From Gammaproteobacteria bacterium (lineage in GTDB: Bacteria; Pseudomonadota; Gammaproteobacteria; SZUA-140): DNA of 64,000 nt. A program made the position numbers and the translations under genes. This document shows, piece after piece, positions 47,669 through 57,353 of this stretch. Within the stretch, counting starts at the first letter, position 1. Every line of letters begins with the position of its first letter. Under the pieces are notes generated by a model. The model saw only the letters and a list, made by a program, of their open reading frames with translations, did not search any database and was not told the origin of the DNA. Location: contig WGNS01000045.1 in the NCBI GenBank assembly GCA_016124415.1, forward strand, positions 2,013 to 66,012. The letters are read 5' to 3'.

Positions 47669-50600
47669 ATGAATCAGCAAATAAATCCGGAAGGAGGTGT
47701 CCGGGCGCATATGGATAAACGCAGATATCCAAGATATTCCGTGCGTCTGGAAGGCCAGTGCGTGACCGGCGGCGGACAAGTTCATCCCTGCCTGATACTC
47801 GATCTTTGCATGGGTGGGATGTTTCTCGAGCTGACGGATCCGTCAGCTCACGCGACGGTGCGCGCCGGTGATCAGGTAACCGTCGTGTGCAACGTGCCCG
47901 GAGGCCAGGTCAACGGATACGCCTTCAACGCGCGTATCGCCCGCGCGCACGATTCGAGCATCGGCTTGGCGTTCATTGCCCCCGACTTGGCGCAGGTAAG
48001 GAGTTTGATCGATCGCGCGCGCAGTCTCTATCCCCAGCGCACTGCAACGGCCCCTTCCGCCCAGCAACCGCTACGTTCGCTGCCCGAGGTCATCGCCGAC
48101 TGCCAGGCCAAGGTGCTTATCGCTATTCCCGCAGTGCTTGAAGGTTTTCTGAAGGCTGCGGCCGAAGAGATCTTCAGTAGGGTGGACGGCCTCAAAAACC
48201 ATACCCAACAGAACGCATATTTCACCGCGCTCACGGCGATCAAATGCAAGAATGACGAGTTCAATGGCCGGTTCATGGCGTCGATCAGGCAGTCGTTTGC
48301 ATCGCCTCCCACGGATCGCAAGGCAGCCGCAAGCATGGACATGGGATCCGGCAACGAGTTGACCTTGATGGACGAGGATCTCGTCGAGGATTGGCTCGCG
48401 TCCGCGGATATCGTTTGCCACGTCGAAGCGAAGAACAAAATGGTCTTGAACGCGCTTCAGCAGCGTTTGACCCATCTGTACGGTCGCGATATCGATGCCG
48501 AGAACAATCCGTTCCGACCGCTGATTTTTTCCGACGCCCTGCAGGCGGCCCTCAAGCCCTGGTTGTTCGAACACGAGGTCTATCAGATTTGTTTATCCGT
48601 ATTCCGCAGCCATTTCGTGGTGGCCTGCGAGCCGCTTTACGAGGACCTGAATCGGATCCTCGTCGAGGCGGGAATTCTTCCCGGGCTTCACCTGCGCACG
48701 TCGGTACCTAAAAATCCCAGGCCGCGGTCGCGTCCGATGGCCGATTCCGATGCCGACGATGCGCCTTTGGCGCGCGAGGCGCAGAGTAATGGCGTCGGCA
48801 ATCGCGCTCCGCCGGCCGCGCCCCCGGCGGCGGGATCCAATCAGCTTTCGATATTCGATATCGTCGATGACATCGAGACGCTGCGAGAGGAAATTTTGCG
48901 CAAGGTCCAGAGGACCGATGCGGCAGCGGCCGAGCAGCCCGCAAATCATGGCGAAAGACGCGGCAGCTATTCGGTTGATGAGCTCATGAACGCCCTGGAC
49001 GCGATCCATCTCGACGATCCTAAGCACGTTCGGACCGAGCAGGACGATTTCCTGTCTCAAATCGATGCCTACTTGCAGGCGCATACGGGGGAGCGCAGGC
49101 AGTTTCCGAGGCGGGAACGCGGCATCATGGACGTCGGCAGCCGAATCTTCACTTCGTTGCGCGGCGATCCTCAGGTTTCCGGGCAGGTGAAAACCTGGCT
49201 CAAAGAGCTTGAAATCCCGCTCATGAAGCTCGCGCTGAAGGATCACGCGTTCCTGATGGACCGCGATCATATCCTGCGCAGGATCATCAATAACGTCTCG
49301 ATGCTCGAAGTCTACGGCAACGACGAGGATGGGTTGGGCGACAGCGCCGTATGCCACAAGATCGACAATCTCATCCAGCGCATCGTCAAATACCGTACCG
49401 GAGACGACGCCCAGATCCTGAAAAAGGCCTTGCGCGAACTCGAACTCCTGGTCGAACTGCAAAACGACGCCTACCGGGAGAACTTCAACGAGGTCGTCCG
49501 GGGTTGCCTTGAGGAGCAGCCGCTGTTGAGCCAGGCCAATGCCGGCGATTCGACCGCCCGGGAAAAACTATCCTTCCTGAAGGCGGCGGGCGCGGCTGAC
49601 GACGAGGTTGTCGGCGAGCCCGAGTTCGCCGATTGGCTGGCGCGGGTGCACAGACTCAAACTCAACAACTGGATCCTTCTTGCCGACGAAGCCGGCGAGG
49701 CGCGCAGGCTCAAGCTTGCCTGGGTGACCAAGCAGCAGGATCGCTACGTGTTCGTCAATCTGCTTGGGCAGAAGGAAGTCACGTTGACGGATCGTCAGTT
49801 GGCCGCGGCCTTCATGACCGGGCAGGCCGAGGCGCTGGAAAGCGCCAACGAGCCGGCCATGGACCGCGCCCAGCACGCGATGCTGCAGCGACTGCATCAT
49901 CAACTGATTCGTGAGACGACGCACGACGGCGTCACGGCCTTGCTCAATCGTCGCGAGTTCGAAAAGCGGTTGGGGCATTTCATGTTGCAGGACGTTCAGA
50001 CGCGCGCGCCCAAGGTTCTCTGCTGTCTCGATGTCGTCCAGTTCCGGGCCGTCAATGAAAGCTGCGGCAGCGCCGCAGGCGACCGCCTTCTGCGCGAGAT
50101 AGCGGATCGGCTTCGGGTTGCGTTCGACCACGCGCCCATGGCCCGGCTCGGCAATGACGAGTTCGCCATTCTGCTCGACGGCGACGCGGAGTCCGCCCGG
50201 ACCCGGATGGATCGTCTACAGGAAGAACTGAGTTTGGAGACCTTCGTCCACGGCGACAGGCGTTATCCGATTGCGCTGAATGTCGGTCTGGCGCCCGTCT
50301 CCGAAGTCGCCGCGTATCCGGCCGGTATCGTGTTGGCGGCCGAAGACGCCTGCCGTCGGGCCAAGCATTCGGATAAGTCGGTATGCGTACTGGCTTCCGA
50401 GCCCGTCGAGGATCCGGAGACCGCGAAGGCCTTGGAATGGCTGGTCAAGGTCAACGAGGCGATTCAGAAACGCGAGGTGCATTTGCGCTATCAGCCGATC
50501 GTGAACATCTCCGGACCTCAGGCCGGCGAGATCCACCATTCGGAAATCCTGCTTTCAGTCCTCGGAGATGACGGCGAGCCGGTGTCACCCCAGGACTTTG

Positions 50601-51222
50601 TGCTGGCCGCGGAGCGTTTTCATCGTATGCCGACCTTGGATCGCCTGATCGTTCAGGAGACCTTCTCGTGGGCCGCGGCGCATCCGGAATTGATCCCGAA
50701 GACGGGATCGCTCGCGGTCAATCTGTCCGGGAAGTCGCTGAACGATCCGAGTTTCCTCGGGTTCCTGATGGACCTGCTAAGAACCAGCGGTGTGCCGGTC
50801 GAACATGTCAGCTTCGAGGTTACCGAGACCGCGGGCGTCAACAGCATGAGCCAGGCCTCGGCTTTCATCGAGGCCGTCAGGGAAGCGGGATGTTCTTTCT
50901 CCCTCGATGATTTCGGCAGTGGGATGTCCTCCTACGGCTATCTCAAGCACCTGCCCGTCGATATCCTGAAGATCGACGGCGCGTTCGTGCGCGCCATGGA
51001 CAAGAATCCGGAAGACTTCGCGATCGTCAAACGATCACCGAGATCGCGCACTTCATGGGCAAGAGGGTCATTGCAGAGTGTGTCGAGAATGAGCAGATCC
51101 TGACCCTGCTCGCGGAGCTGGGGGTCGATTACGCTCAGGGTTACCACGTCGGTCGCCCCAGGATGCTGAGCGATCTGGTCGCCGAATACGGAGACCAGAT
51201 GCGGCCGTCTCAGGCCGTATAA
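47669..51222 (+). pseudogene. PilZ-DUF1631-GGDEF(degenerate)-EAL signalling protein, interrupted by an apparent 1-nt deletion near 51026-51033
   Basis: PilZ domain: RRYPR...DLCMGG. DUF1631-like middle region (~650 aa). GGDEF domain with the signature replaced by LGNDEF. EAL domain: YQPIV, EILLSV, NLS, EVTE, DDFGSG, KIDGAF. After DFAIVK the track frame yields junk and stops at 51103. The frame shifted by -1 reads ITEIAHFMGKRVIAECVENEQILTLLAELGVDYAQGYHVGRP...*, the canonical EAL C-terminus, ending at 51222. Confidence 0.8.
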
Positions 51223-52109
51223 CCGTAACGGGCGGACAGGCTGTGTTGTTCGCCGGGCGCCAAATGGATGCCGTCGTCGGCCGCGTTCGTCGTCTCCACG
51301 CAGATCATATTGAGATGGCCGGATTCGCCCATGTCCCCCAATCGTTCCGCCTTTTCCACCCAGGGATTCCAGATCACCGCGGAACTTGATCCCCTGGCGC
51401 TGATCGAAATCGTGCGGTCCAGAAGTGGGTCGAAGATCGAATATTCCTCCGGACAGTTCAGATAGATCCGGTCGACCTCGGACGAAATCGTCACCGGTCC
51501 GGACTGTACGTTCTCGCCGCCGTTGACCTTGTCCAGATAGGCGCATTGATCGAATCCGTTGATCTGGATCTGACGCACGTCGCCGACCAGAAAATAGGTG
51601 TGCAGCGCCTGCGTCAACAGATACGGTTCGTCGCCGCCGTTGAAGGTCTCGAGTTCGAACGCGAGGGCGTTTCCGACTTCTATCGTAAGCCGTACCTCCA
51701 GAGCATCCGTCGCGACGGACCGCTCAGTCGGTCTCGGCAACGCGAGAATCAGGCGTGTCCCTCCGTCGGGCAGGGATGACGTCTCGATCGGCGCCCACAG
51801 GGCGGTGCGGGCGAAGCCGTGCGCGGGCGCATTGGGGTCCGTGGGATGCGGTCCGAACCAGGGCCAGCAAACCGGGACGCCGCCGCGGATGGATTTGCCT
51901 TGGGCGAAACGTACGGCCTTGCTGAGCCATAGCAGGGGGTGTTTGCCGGTCGCCTGGTAGTCGACGACGTGAGCGCCTTGCAGGGCGACCGTCGCGCGCC
52001 CGAGTTCGTTTTCGATCTCGACGAAATCCAGTCCACCGTGACCCGTGACGAAACTGAGTTCTCCCGGAAGCACCAAATCCCCGTAGACGGACGTATTCGA
52101 ACTCATCAT
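51210..52109 (-). CDS. D-hexose-6-phosphate mutarotase (aldose 1-epimerase family, YeaD-like)
   Basis: LLWLSKAVRFAQGKSIRGGVPVCWPWFGPH...HGFAR, 299 aa. Confidence 0.8.
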   Translation of the reverse strand: MMSSNTSVYGDLVLPGELSFVTGHGGLDFVEIENELGRATVALQGAHVVDYQATGKHPLLWLSKAVRFAQGKSIRGGVPVCWPWFGPHPTDPNAPAHGFARTALWAPIETSSLPDGGTRLILALPRPTERSVATDALEVRLTIEVGNALAFELETFNGGDEPYLLTQALHTYFLVGDVRQIQINGFDQCAYLDKVNGGENVQSGPVTISSEVDRIYLNCPEEYSIFDPLLDRTISISARGSSSAVIWNPWVEKAERLGDMGESGHLNMICVETTNAADDGIHLAPGEQHSLSARYGYTA

Positions 52110-52283
52110 CTCCTCCTTTGCTGCCGCTTCTTATTGAGGCCTCGGATAATCGGTTTCTTCCGGATCCATCCGAGATTCCCAAAACTTGACGGCTTATAGT
52201 CGGCGGGCCTCACAATAAGCATGCGATAGAGGCCGTATCCGCAGATATTCGTGCAACGACTCTATGGTTTTGAGCGCGTTGCG

Positions 52284-52306
52284 TCAATTAGTGTGAACAG
52301 GCCCTA
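52284..52306. repeat. Second copy of the MITE right terminus (TCAATTAGTGTGAACAGGCCC + TA)
   Basis: It matches 18 of the 22 positions of TIR 15382-15403 (one 1-nt gap, three mismatches) and is followed by TA. A weak left-end candidate (GGGCCTCACAATAAG) lies at 52205. The repeat is 20 nt upstream of the kef-type gene start. Confidence 0.55.
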
Positions 52307-52326
52307 GTAGCACGACTGGGGGGGGT

Positions 52327-53931
52327 ATGGGGGAACATCTCGACATTATCTGGCTCATCGCCGCCTTCGTTCTCGGACTCGGGGCGCACGTCGTGGGTTT
52401 GCCGCCGCTCGTAGGCTACCTCTGTGCGGGTGTCGCCCTGAAGCTTGCCGGCTATGCGCCGACAACCCTCTTCCACACCCTCGCCGAGTTCGGCGTCATC
52501 CTGCTGCTCTTCAGTATCGGACTCAGGCTCAGGCCGTCGAGCCTGTTGCGACCCCAGGTTTGGGGCGTGTCGGGATTGCACATGGTGCTGACGCTGATCT
52601 GCTCGGGCGCGATCTTTACGCTGTTCTGCATCACGGGGCTCCCCATGTTCGCGACCTTGGAGCCCGGCACGATGGCGCTGATCGGTTTTGCGCTCAGTCT
52701 GTCCAGCACGGTGTTCGCGGTTCAGATATTTCAGGCCAGGGATGAACAGGGCGCCCGTTACGGCCAGATTGCGGTCGGGATACTGATTATCCAGGATCTC
52801 ATGGCCGTCCTCGTCATGGCGGGGACGATCGGCAAGCCGCCGCCGCTTTGGGCCCTGGGCTTCCTGCTTTTGATCCCGGCGCGCAAGTGGATACGCCGGG
52901 GATTGGATCGGATCGGGCATGACGAACTGCTCGTTCTGTTTGGTGTCGCGTTCGCCCTTGGCGGCGGCGAATTGTTCGAGACGGCCGGTCTCAGGGGCGA
53001 CCTCGGCGCATTGTTACTGGGCATGCTCATGGCCGGGCACGCCCGCGCCCATGAACTGTCGCAATCCCTGCTCGGTTTTCGCAACCTCTTCCTGATCGCA
53101 TTTTTCGTCAGCATCGGCCTGCAGGTTACGCCGGGTTGGGACATCCTGCTTGCCGCCTGTCTGCTGCTGCCGGTGCTCCTGCTGAAAACGGTTTTGATGT
53201 TCCTCATCATGCTGCTCTTCCGGCTCAGGGCTCGGACTGCGGCGCTCGGCGCCGTGAGTCTGGCGACCTATAGCGAATTCGCGCTGATCCTGGGCGCTTT
53301 CACCGTCCAGCGGGGCTGGCTGAGTGCGGATTGGCTGGCCGTCATCACGCTTGCCGTGGCCCTATCGTTCATCGTGGCCGTGCCGTTCAATGTCTACGCG
53401 CATCGGCTCTATGTGCGGTACGGGGCCTTCCTGGCCCGTTTCCAGTCTCCCCAGCTCACGGCGGAGGAGCGTCCCATCGAACCGGGTCGGGTCGACGTCC
53501 TGATCTTCGGTATGGGGCACATCGGGATCGGCGCCTACGACGCGCTCGGCAAGCGCGGCGATCTGGCCATGCTGGGCGTCGATATCGATCGCGATGCGGT
53601 GCAGCGTCTGGTGGGTGAGGGGTACAGGGTCATACGCGCCAGCGCGACGGACCCGGAGTTCTGGGAGCGTTTTCAGATCGCCCATCAGGAGATCCGGTAT
53701 ATCCTTTTGACGATGCCGGTCATCGACAGCCAACTGTTCGTCGCCAGACATTTGCGGCGTATGGGTCATAAGGGGCGCCTCGTCGCCATCGCCCGATATC
53801 CCGAGGACGCCGACGCGCTGCGTCAGGCGGGGGTCGATCACGTGCTCGAGCCCGCCGGACTCCTTGGCGCCGGGTTGGCGGACTACGTCTTGAGCGAGCC
53901 ATTGGAGTGGCCCGGCGTGCCCTTGCAGTAG
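52327..53931 (+). CDS. Cation:proton antiporter (CPA2, Kef-type) with C-terminal RCK/TrkA-N domain
   Basis: About 12 transmembrane segments (LPPLVGYLCAGVALK...), then VLIFGMGHIGIGAYDAL (Rossmann GxGxxG). 534 aa. Confidence 0.82.
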   Translation: MGEHLDIIWLIAAFVLGLGAHVVGLPPLVGYLCAGVALKLAGYAPTTLFHTLAEFGVILLLFSIGLRLRPSSLLRPQVWGVSGLHMVLTLICSGAIFTLFCITGLPMFATLEPGTMALIGFALSLSSTVFAVQIFQARDEQGARYGQIAVGILIIQDLMAVLVMAGTIGKPPPLWALGFLLLIPARKWIRRGLDRIGHDELLVLFGVAFALGGGELFETAGLRGDLGALLLGMLMAGHARAHELSQSLLGFRNLFLIAFFVSIGLQVTPGWDILLAACLLLPVLLLKTVLMFLIMLLFRLRARTAALGAVSLATYSEFALILGAFTVQRGWLSADWLAVITLAVALSFIVAVPFNVYAHRLYVRYGAFLARFQSPQLTAEERPIEPGRVDVLIFGMGHIGIGAYDALGKRGDLAMLGVDIDRDAVQRLVGEGYRVIRASATDPEFWERFQIAHQEIRYILLTMPVIDSQLFVARHLRRMGHKGRLVAIARYPEDADALRQAGVDHVLEPAGLLGAGLADYVLSEPLEWPGVPLQ

Positions 53932-53949
53932 CGTCGGGAACGCTTTTCG

Positions 53950-53979
53950 TTGAAACCGTCCCGGAAAAGGCAATAGAAT
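53950..53979 (+). promoter_or_regulatory. Strong sigma70-type promoter upstream of the small ORF and dsbB
   Basis: TTGAAA (53950-55), 18-nt spacer, TAGAAT (53974-79). Confidence 0.5.
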
Positions 53980-54083
53980 CCGGATATTCTCGAAGTCTGG
54001 CGTTTTGCCGATGATACTTATATGCCGCTTCCTCCATTCATGCGCGAGGCTACGGCATCGGGGCATGACGATAGGAGATCGAC

Positions 54084-54386
54084 GTGGACGTGAGCAAACC
54101 GACTTTGCCGACGACAGTGACCGGTGTTCGGGCCAGCAACCGGAGCGGGTCCGCGACGCAGGAGAACGGCCAGCACGTCCCCGCCCGTATCGAGCGGGAG
54201 CGCGATCCGAAACAGGACCGGCGTTCTTCGGGCGACCGGCGCCAAGAGGATCGGCGCAAGGCGGACGCCGATATCATGCTCGATACCCGCAGCGGCGAGG
54301 ATCGGCGCAAGGGGCCGAGGCGGCAGACGGACCGCAAGCCGCCGGACGATGACGGACCCTCGCTCGGTATCGACGTGTTCGTTTGA
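54084..54386 (+). CDS. Small hypothetical protein with (D/E)RR repeats (100 aa, highly charged)
   Basis: GTG start 6 nt after AGGAG (54073-77). Third-position GC is high in this frame only. The sequence reads ...QDRRSSGDRRQEDRRKADADIMLDTRSGEDRRKGPRRQTDRK...GIDVFV. I recognise no family. Confidence 0.5.
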   Translation: MDVSKPTLPTTVTGVRASNRSGSATQENGQHVPARIERERDPKQDRRSSGDRRQEDRRKADADIMLDTRSGEDRRKGPRRQTDRKPPDDDGPSLGIDVFV

Positions 54387-54437
54387 CGACAGCGCTTTTT
54401 TCGCAAAACCTTTTTTGATTCCAACCCGAGTTTCGAT

Positions 54438-54947
54438 ATGCCGATATTGACCCCTTCTTTTGTCCGCCGTTGTCATATCGCGGCGGCCTTGGCCGCTGTT
54501 GCCTTGATCGCGGTTGCGCTCTACTTTCAGTACGTCATGAATCTCGAGCCCTGTCCCTTGTGCATCTTTCAGCGCGTGGCGGTCATGGCGCTCGGCGTAT
54601 GGGCGGGTGTCGCGGCAGCCATCAACCCCATGGGATGGGGCCGTCGCGTGGTGGGCGTGGTGACAGTATTGCTTGCGATCGCGGGCGGCGCCGTTGCCGG
54701 ACGCCAGGTCTGGCTGCAGCATTTGCCTGAAGATCAGGTCCCCGCCTGCGGCCCCGGCCTCGATTACATGCTCGACATGTTTCCGATGCGCAAGGTGCTC
54801 GATCTCGTATTCCGAGGTTCGGGCGAGTGCGCGGAGGTCCATTGGACCTTCCTTGGCATGAGCATCGCCGAATGGATGCTCGTGGTATTCTCAGGCTTTC
54901 TCGCCTTCGGCATCCTTATTGCCTTCGCGCGCGTTCGTCGATCTTGA
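54438..54947 (+). CDS. dsbB: Disulfide bond formation protein DsbB
   Basis: LEPCPLCIFQR (CxxC) and a second Cys pair (PACGPG...GECAEV), four transmembrane segments, 169 aa. Confidence 0.9.
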   Translation: MPILTPSFVRRCHIAAALAAVALIAVALYFQYVMNLEPCPLCIFQRVAVMALGVWAGVAAAINPMGWGRRVVGVVTVLLAIAGGAVAGRQVWLQHLPEDQVPACGPGLDYMLDMFPMRKVLDLVFRGSGECAEVHWTFLGMSIAEWMLVVFSGFLAFGILIAFARVRRS

Positions 54948-54976
54948 CGATCGGCGGCCTTTCCCCCCCGTCCCCG

Positions 54977-55005
54977 TTGCGCTTCGGGCGCGAATAGCAT
55001 AGAAT
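54977..55005 (+). promoter_or_regulatory. Possible sigma70-type promoter of the rpsF operon
   Basis: TTGCGC (54977-82), 17-nt spacer, TAGAAT (55000-05), about 100 nt upstream of rpsF. Confidence 0.4.
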
Positions 55006-55108
55006 CCCTGCCTCTTTGGCCTCCGGTACCGCGCTCGCGCGGCGCCGGTGTTCCAAACCTCCTTGCCTTACCGCTTGTTGGAAGGCTGACTAACCCGTAA
55101 GGAGCATT

Positions 55109-55531
55109 ATGCGACACTACGAAATCGTGTTTCTGGTCCACCCTGACCAGAGTGACCAAGTGCCTGCCATGATCGAGCGCTATCGCGCCACCATCGAGGG
55201 GCACGGTGGTTCCATCCATCGCCTGGAAGACTGGGGCCGTCGTCAGCTGGCCTATCCGATCAACAAGGTTCACAAAGCCCACTACGTGCTCATGAACGTC
55301 GAGGTCAATCAGGACGCCCTTGATGAACTGAGCAGCGCCTTCCGCTTCAACGACGCCGTGATCCGCAATCTCGTCATCAGCAAGAACGAGGCCGTCATCG
55401 ATGCCTCCCCGCTGGCGCGGAGCAACGACGATCGCTCGGGCGACAGTGAGCAGCGTCCGGCCCGGACCCAGTCCGAAGACGTGAGCGCCGACGAAGATTC
55501 CGACGACGAGGCGGAGGCCGCAGAGGCCTAA
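55109..55531 (+). CDS. rpsF: 30S ribosomal protein S6
   Basis: [18 protein letters not shown]...[12 protein letters not shown] and an acidic C-terminal tail, 140 aa. Confidence 0.95.
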   Translation: MRHYEIVFLVHPDQSDQVPAMIERYRATIEGHGGSIHRLEDWGRRQLAYPINKVHKAHYVLMNVEVNQDALDELSSAFRFNDAVIRNLVISKNEAVIDASPLARSNDDRSGDSEQRPARTQSEDVSADEDSDDEAEAAEA

Positions 55532-55601
55532 GCCCGCGCTCCCCGCCTACGGGGATCGGCATTAGCGGCTCGCGACACTACACAGTATTCAGGAGATTGA
55601 T

Positions 55602-55826
55602 ATGGCACGTTTTTATCGACGCAGAAAGTTTTGCGCATTCACGGCGGACAACGTCAAAGAGATCGATTACAAGGATCTGGCGACGTTGAAGAACTACATC
55701 ACCGAGACGGGTAAGATCGTCCCGAGCCGAATCACCGGCACGAGCGCGAAGTATCAGCGCCAGCTGGCCACGGCCGTCAAGCGCGCGCGTTACCTGGCCC
55801 TGCTGCCGTACTGCGACGCTCATTGA
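55602..55826 (+). CDS. rpsR: 30S ribosomal protein S18
   Basis: [11 protein letters not shown]...IDYKD...[19 protein letters not shown], 74 aa. No priB lies between rpsF and rpsR. Confidence 0.95.
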   Translation: MARFYRRRKFCAFTADNVKEIDYKDLATLKNYITETGKIVPSRITGTSAKYQRQLATAVKRARYLALLPYCDAH

Positions 55827-55833
55827 TCGGCCC

Positions 55834-55868
55834 CGTCCCCGGTCCTTGCGTTTAGGGCCGGGGACGGA
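55834..55868 (+). other. 10-bp GC hairpin after rpsR (no U-tract)
   Basis: ccgtccccgg ...15 nt... ccggggacgg. It may be a partial terminator or processing site inside the operon. Confidence 0.4.
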
Positions 55869-55879
55869 GAATTATCGAC

Positions 55880-56809
55880 ATGCTACAGAGGCTGGCCTCG
55901 TTCATATTGCAGGGAAGGATGACGGCCACCCTCTGGGTGGCTGTGTTTGCCGCCTTGTCGATGATATTGCCGCCGCTCGGGCATCTGAGCGGGGGCGGGC
56001 TCGCCCTGGTCACCCTGAGACGGGGCATTCGCGAAGGTGTTCTGGTCATCATCCTGGCGACGTTGGCGCTGGGACTGTTGGGCATGTTTTCGCATTTAAG
56101 CCAGGTGCTCGTGTTCGTGTTCCTGGTCGTGACCACGTTGATGTTCTGGTTGCCGACGCTGATTTCGGCGGGCACGCTCAGGAGCAGTCGTTCCATGAGC
56201 CTGGCCCTGACCGTCGTCGGTGTCGCATCGATCGGTTTGCTCTGTGCGCATGCCTTGATCGTCGGCGACGTGACGGTCTGGTGGCGGTCGATCCTACAAT
56301 TGACCGTGGGACCGGTCCTTAAGGGGCCGGAATCGCCGGTTCAGCCGGGGGATGTGGACAAGATCATCGGCGGCATGGCCATGGCGGCCAGTGGCATGGT
56401 TGCGGCGACGATCGTCTATACTGCCATGATCAACATCTTTCTGGGGCGTTGGTTGCAGGCCATGTTGTACAACCCGGGCGGATTCAGGGAGGAATTCCTG
56501 AGCATCCATCTGGGTCGGAAGATGGCTGCCGTCGCGCTCGGGGTATTGGTGATCAGCACGTTGACCGGTGGCGGTTTGGGGCATTTCGCTTTCAATCTGC
56601 TCCTGGTGATGGTGGCGATGTTTTCGGTGCAGGGGTTGTCGCTCGTGCACGCCGCGGTGCATATCCTCGGGGCGAACCGGGGATGGCTCATGGGCCTGTA
56701 CGGGCTGATGGTGTTTTTGTTTCCGCAGGTCATGATTGTGTTGTCCGCGGCCGGGGTGGCCGACGCTTGGTTGGATTTCCGGCGCCGCCTGCCGCGCGGG
56801 CGGTCCTGA
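55880..56809 (+). CDS. Polytopic inner-membrane protein of unknown function (possibly DUF2232/YybS-like)
   Basis: About 8 hydrophobic segments, 309 aa, embedded between rpsR and rplI. The family assignment is tentative. Confidence 0.5.
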   Translation: MLQRLASFILQGRMTATLWVAVFAALSMILPPLGHLSGGGLALVTLRRGIREGVLVIILATLALGLLGMFSHLSQVLVFVFLVVTTLMFWLPTLISAGTLRSSRSMSLALTVVGVASIGLLCAHALIVGDVTVWWRSILQLTVGPVLKGPESPVQPGDVDKIIGGMAMAASGMVAATIVYTAMINIFLGRWLQAMLYNPGGFREEFLSIHLGRKMAAVALGVLVISTLTGGGLGHFAFNLLLVMVAMFSVQGLSLVHAAVHILGANRGWLMGLYGLMVFLFPQVMIVLSAAGVADAWLDFRRRLPRGRS

Positions 56810-56875
56810 ACCTGCAGGTTTTTGAGAAGGTCGCGAGCCGGCGGCCAAGTGAATCTTTAGAGGTAGAGGTGTCAG

Positions 56876-57325
56876 ATGGAAGTCATTTTGTTGAGTAAAG
56901 TCGAAAACCTGGGCGATATCGGTGACCTCGTCAACGTCCGTCCCGGCTATGGTCGCAATTTCCTGATTCCCAAGGGTAAGGCCACGGTCGCCAACGAGGC
57001 GAACCGGGCCGCCTTCGAGGCGCGCCGCGCCGAGCTCGAGAAGGCGGCCGCCGAGTCCCTGGCCGCGGCCCGCGCCCGCGCCGAGTCCCTGAGCGGCATG
57101 AAGGTTACGATCGTTGCCAAGGCCGGTGAAGAAGGCAAGCTGTTCGGTTCCGTCGGCACCGTCGATATCGCCGATGCCGTTACCGCCGCCGGCGTCGAGG
57201 TGGAAAAGCACGAGGTTCGTCTGTCCGAAGGCGCGCTGCGTGAACTCGGCGAGTACGAGGTCGACCTGCACCTCCATCCCGAAGTCAACGTGACCATCAC
57301 GCTGGAGATCAGCGCCGAGGAGTAA
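56876..57325 (+). CDS. rplI: 50S ribosomal protein L9
   Basis: [36 protein letters not shown], 149 aa. Confidence 0.95.
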   Translation: MEVILLSKVENLGDIGDLVNVRPGYGRNFLIPKGKATVANEANRAAFEARRAELEKAAAESLAAARARAESLSGMKVTIVAKAGEEGKLFGSVGTVDIADAVTAAGVEVEKHEVRLSEGALRELGEYEVDLHLHPEVNVTITLEISAEE

Positions 57326-57353
57326 TCTCCTTTTGACGGTGTCGGCGTCTCAT

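Noticed and set aside
51026-51033. Programmed -1 ribosomal frameshift in the EAL gene.
   Set aside because: There is no X-XXY-YYZ slippery heptamer and no obvious downstream stimulatory structure. A mutation or a sequencing indel is more parsimonious.
54005-54450. Four competing ORFs overlapping the small DRR-repeat ORF: 54005-54352 (+), 54124-54450 (+), 54050-54424 (-) and 54018-54842 (-).
   Set aside because: They lack an SD, show poorer third-position GC bias, or run antisense through dsbB. Only the 54084 frame has AGGAG-N6-GTG and codon-bias support.
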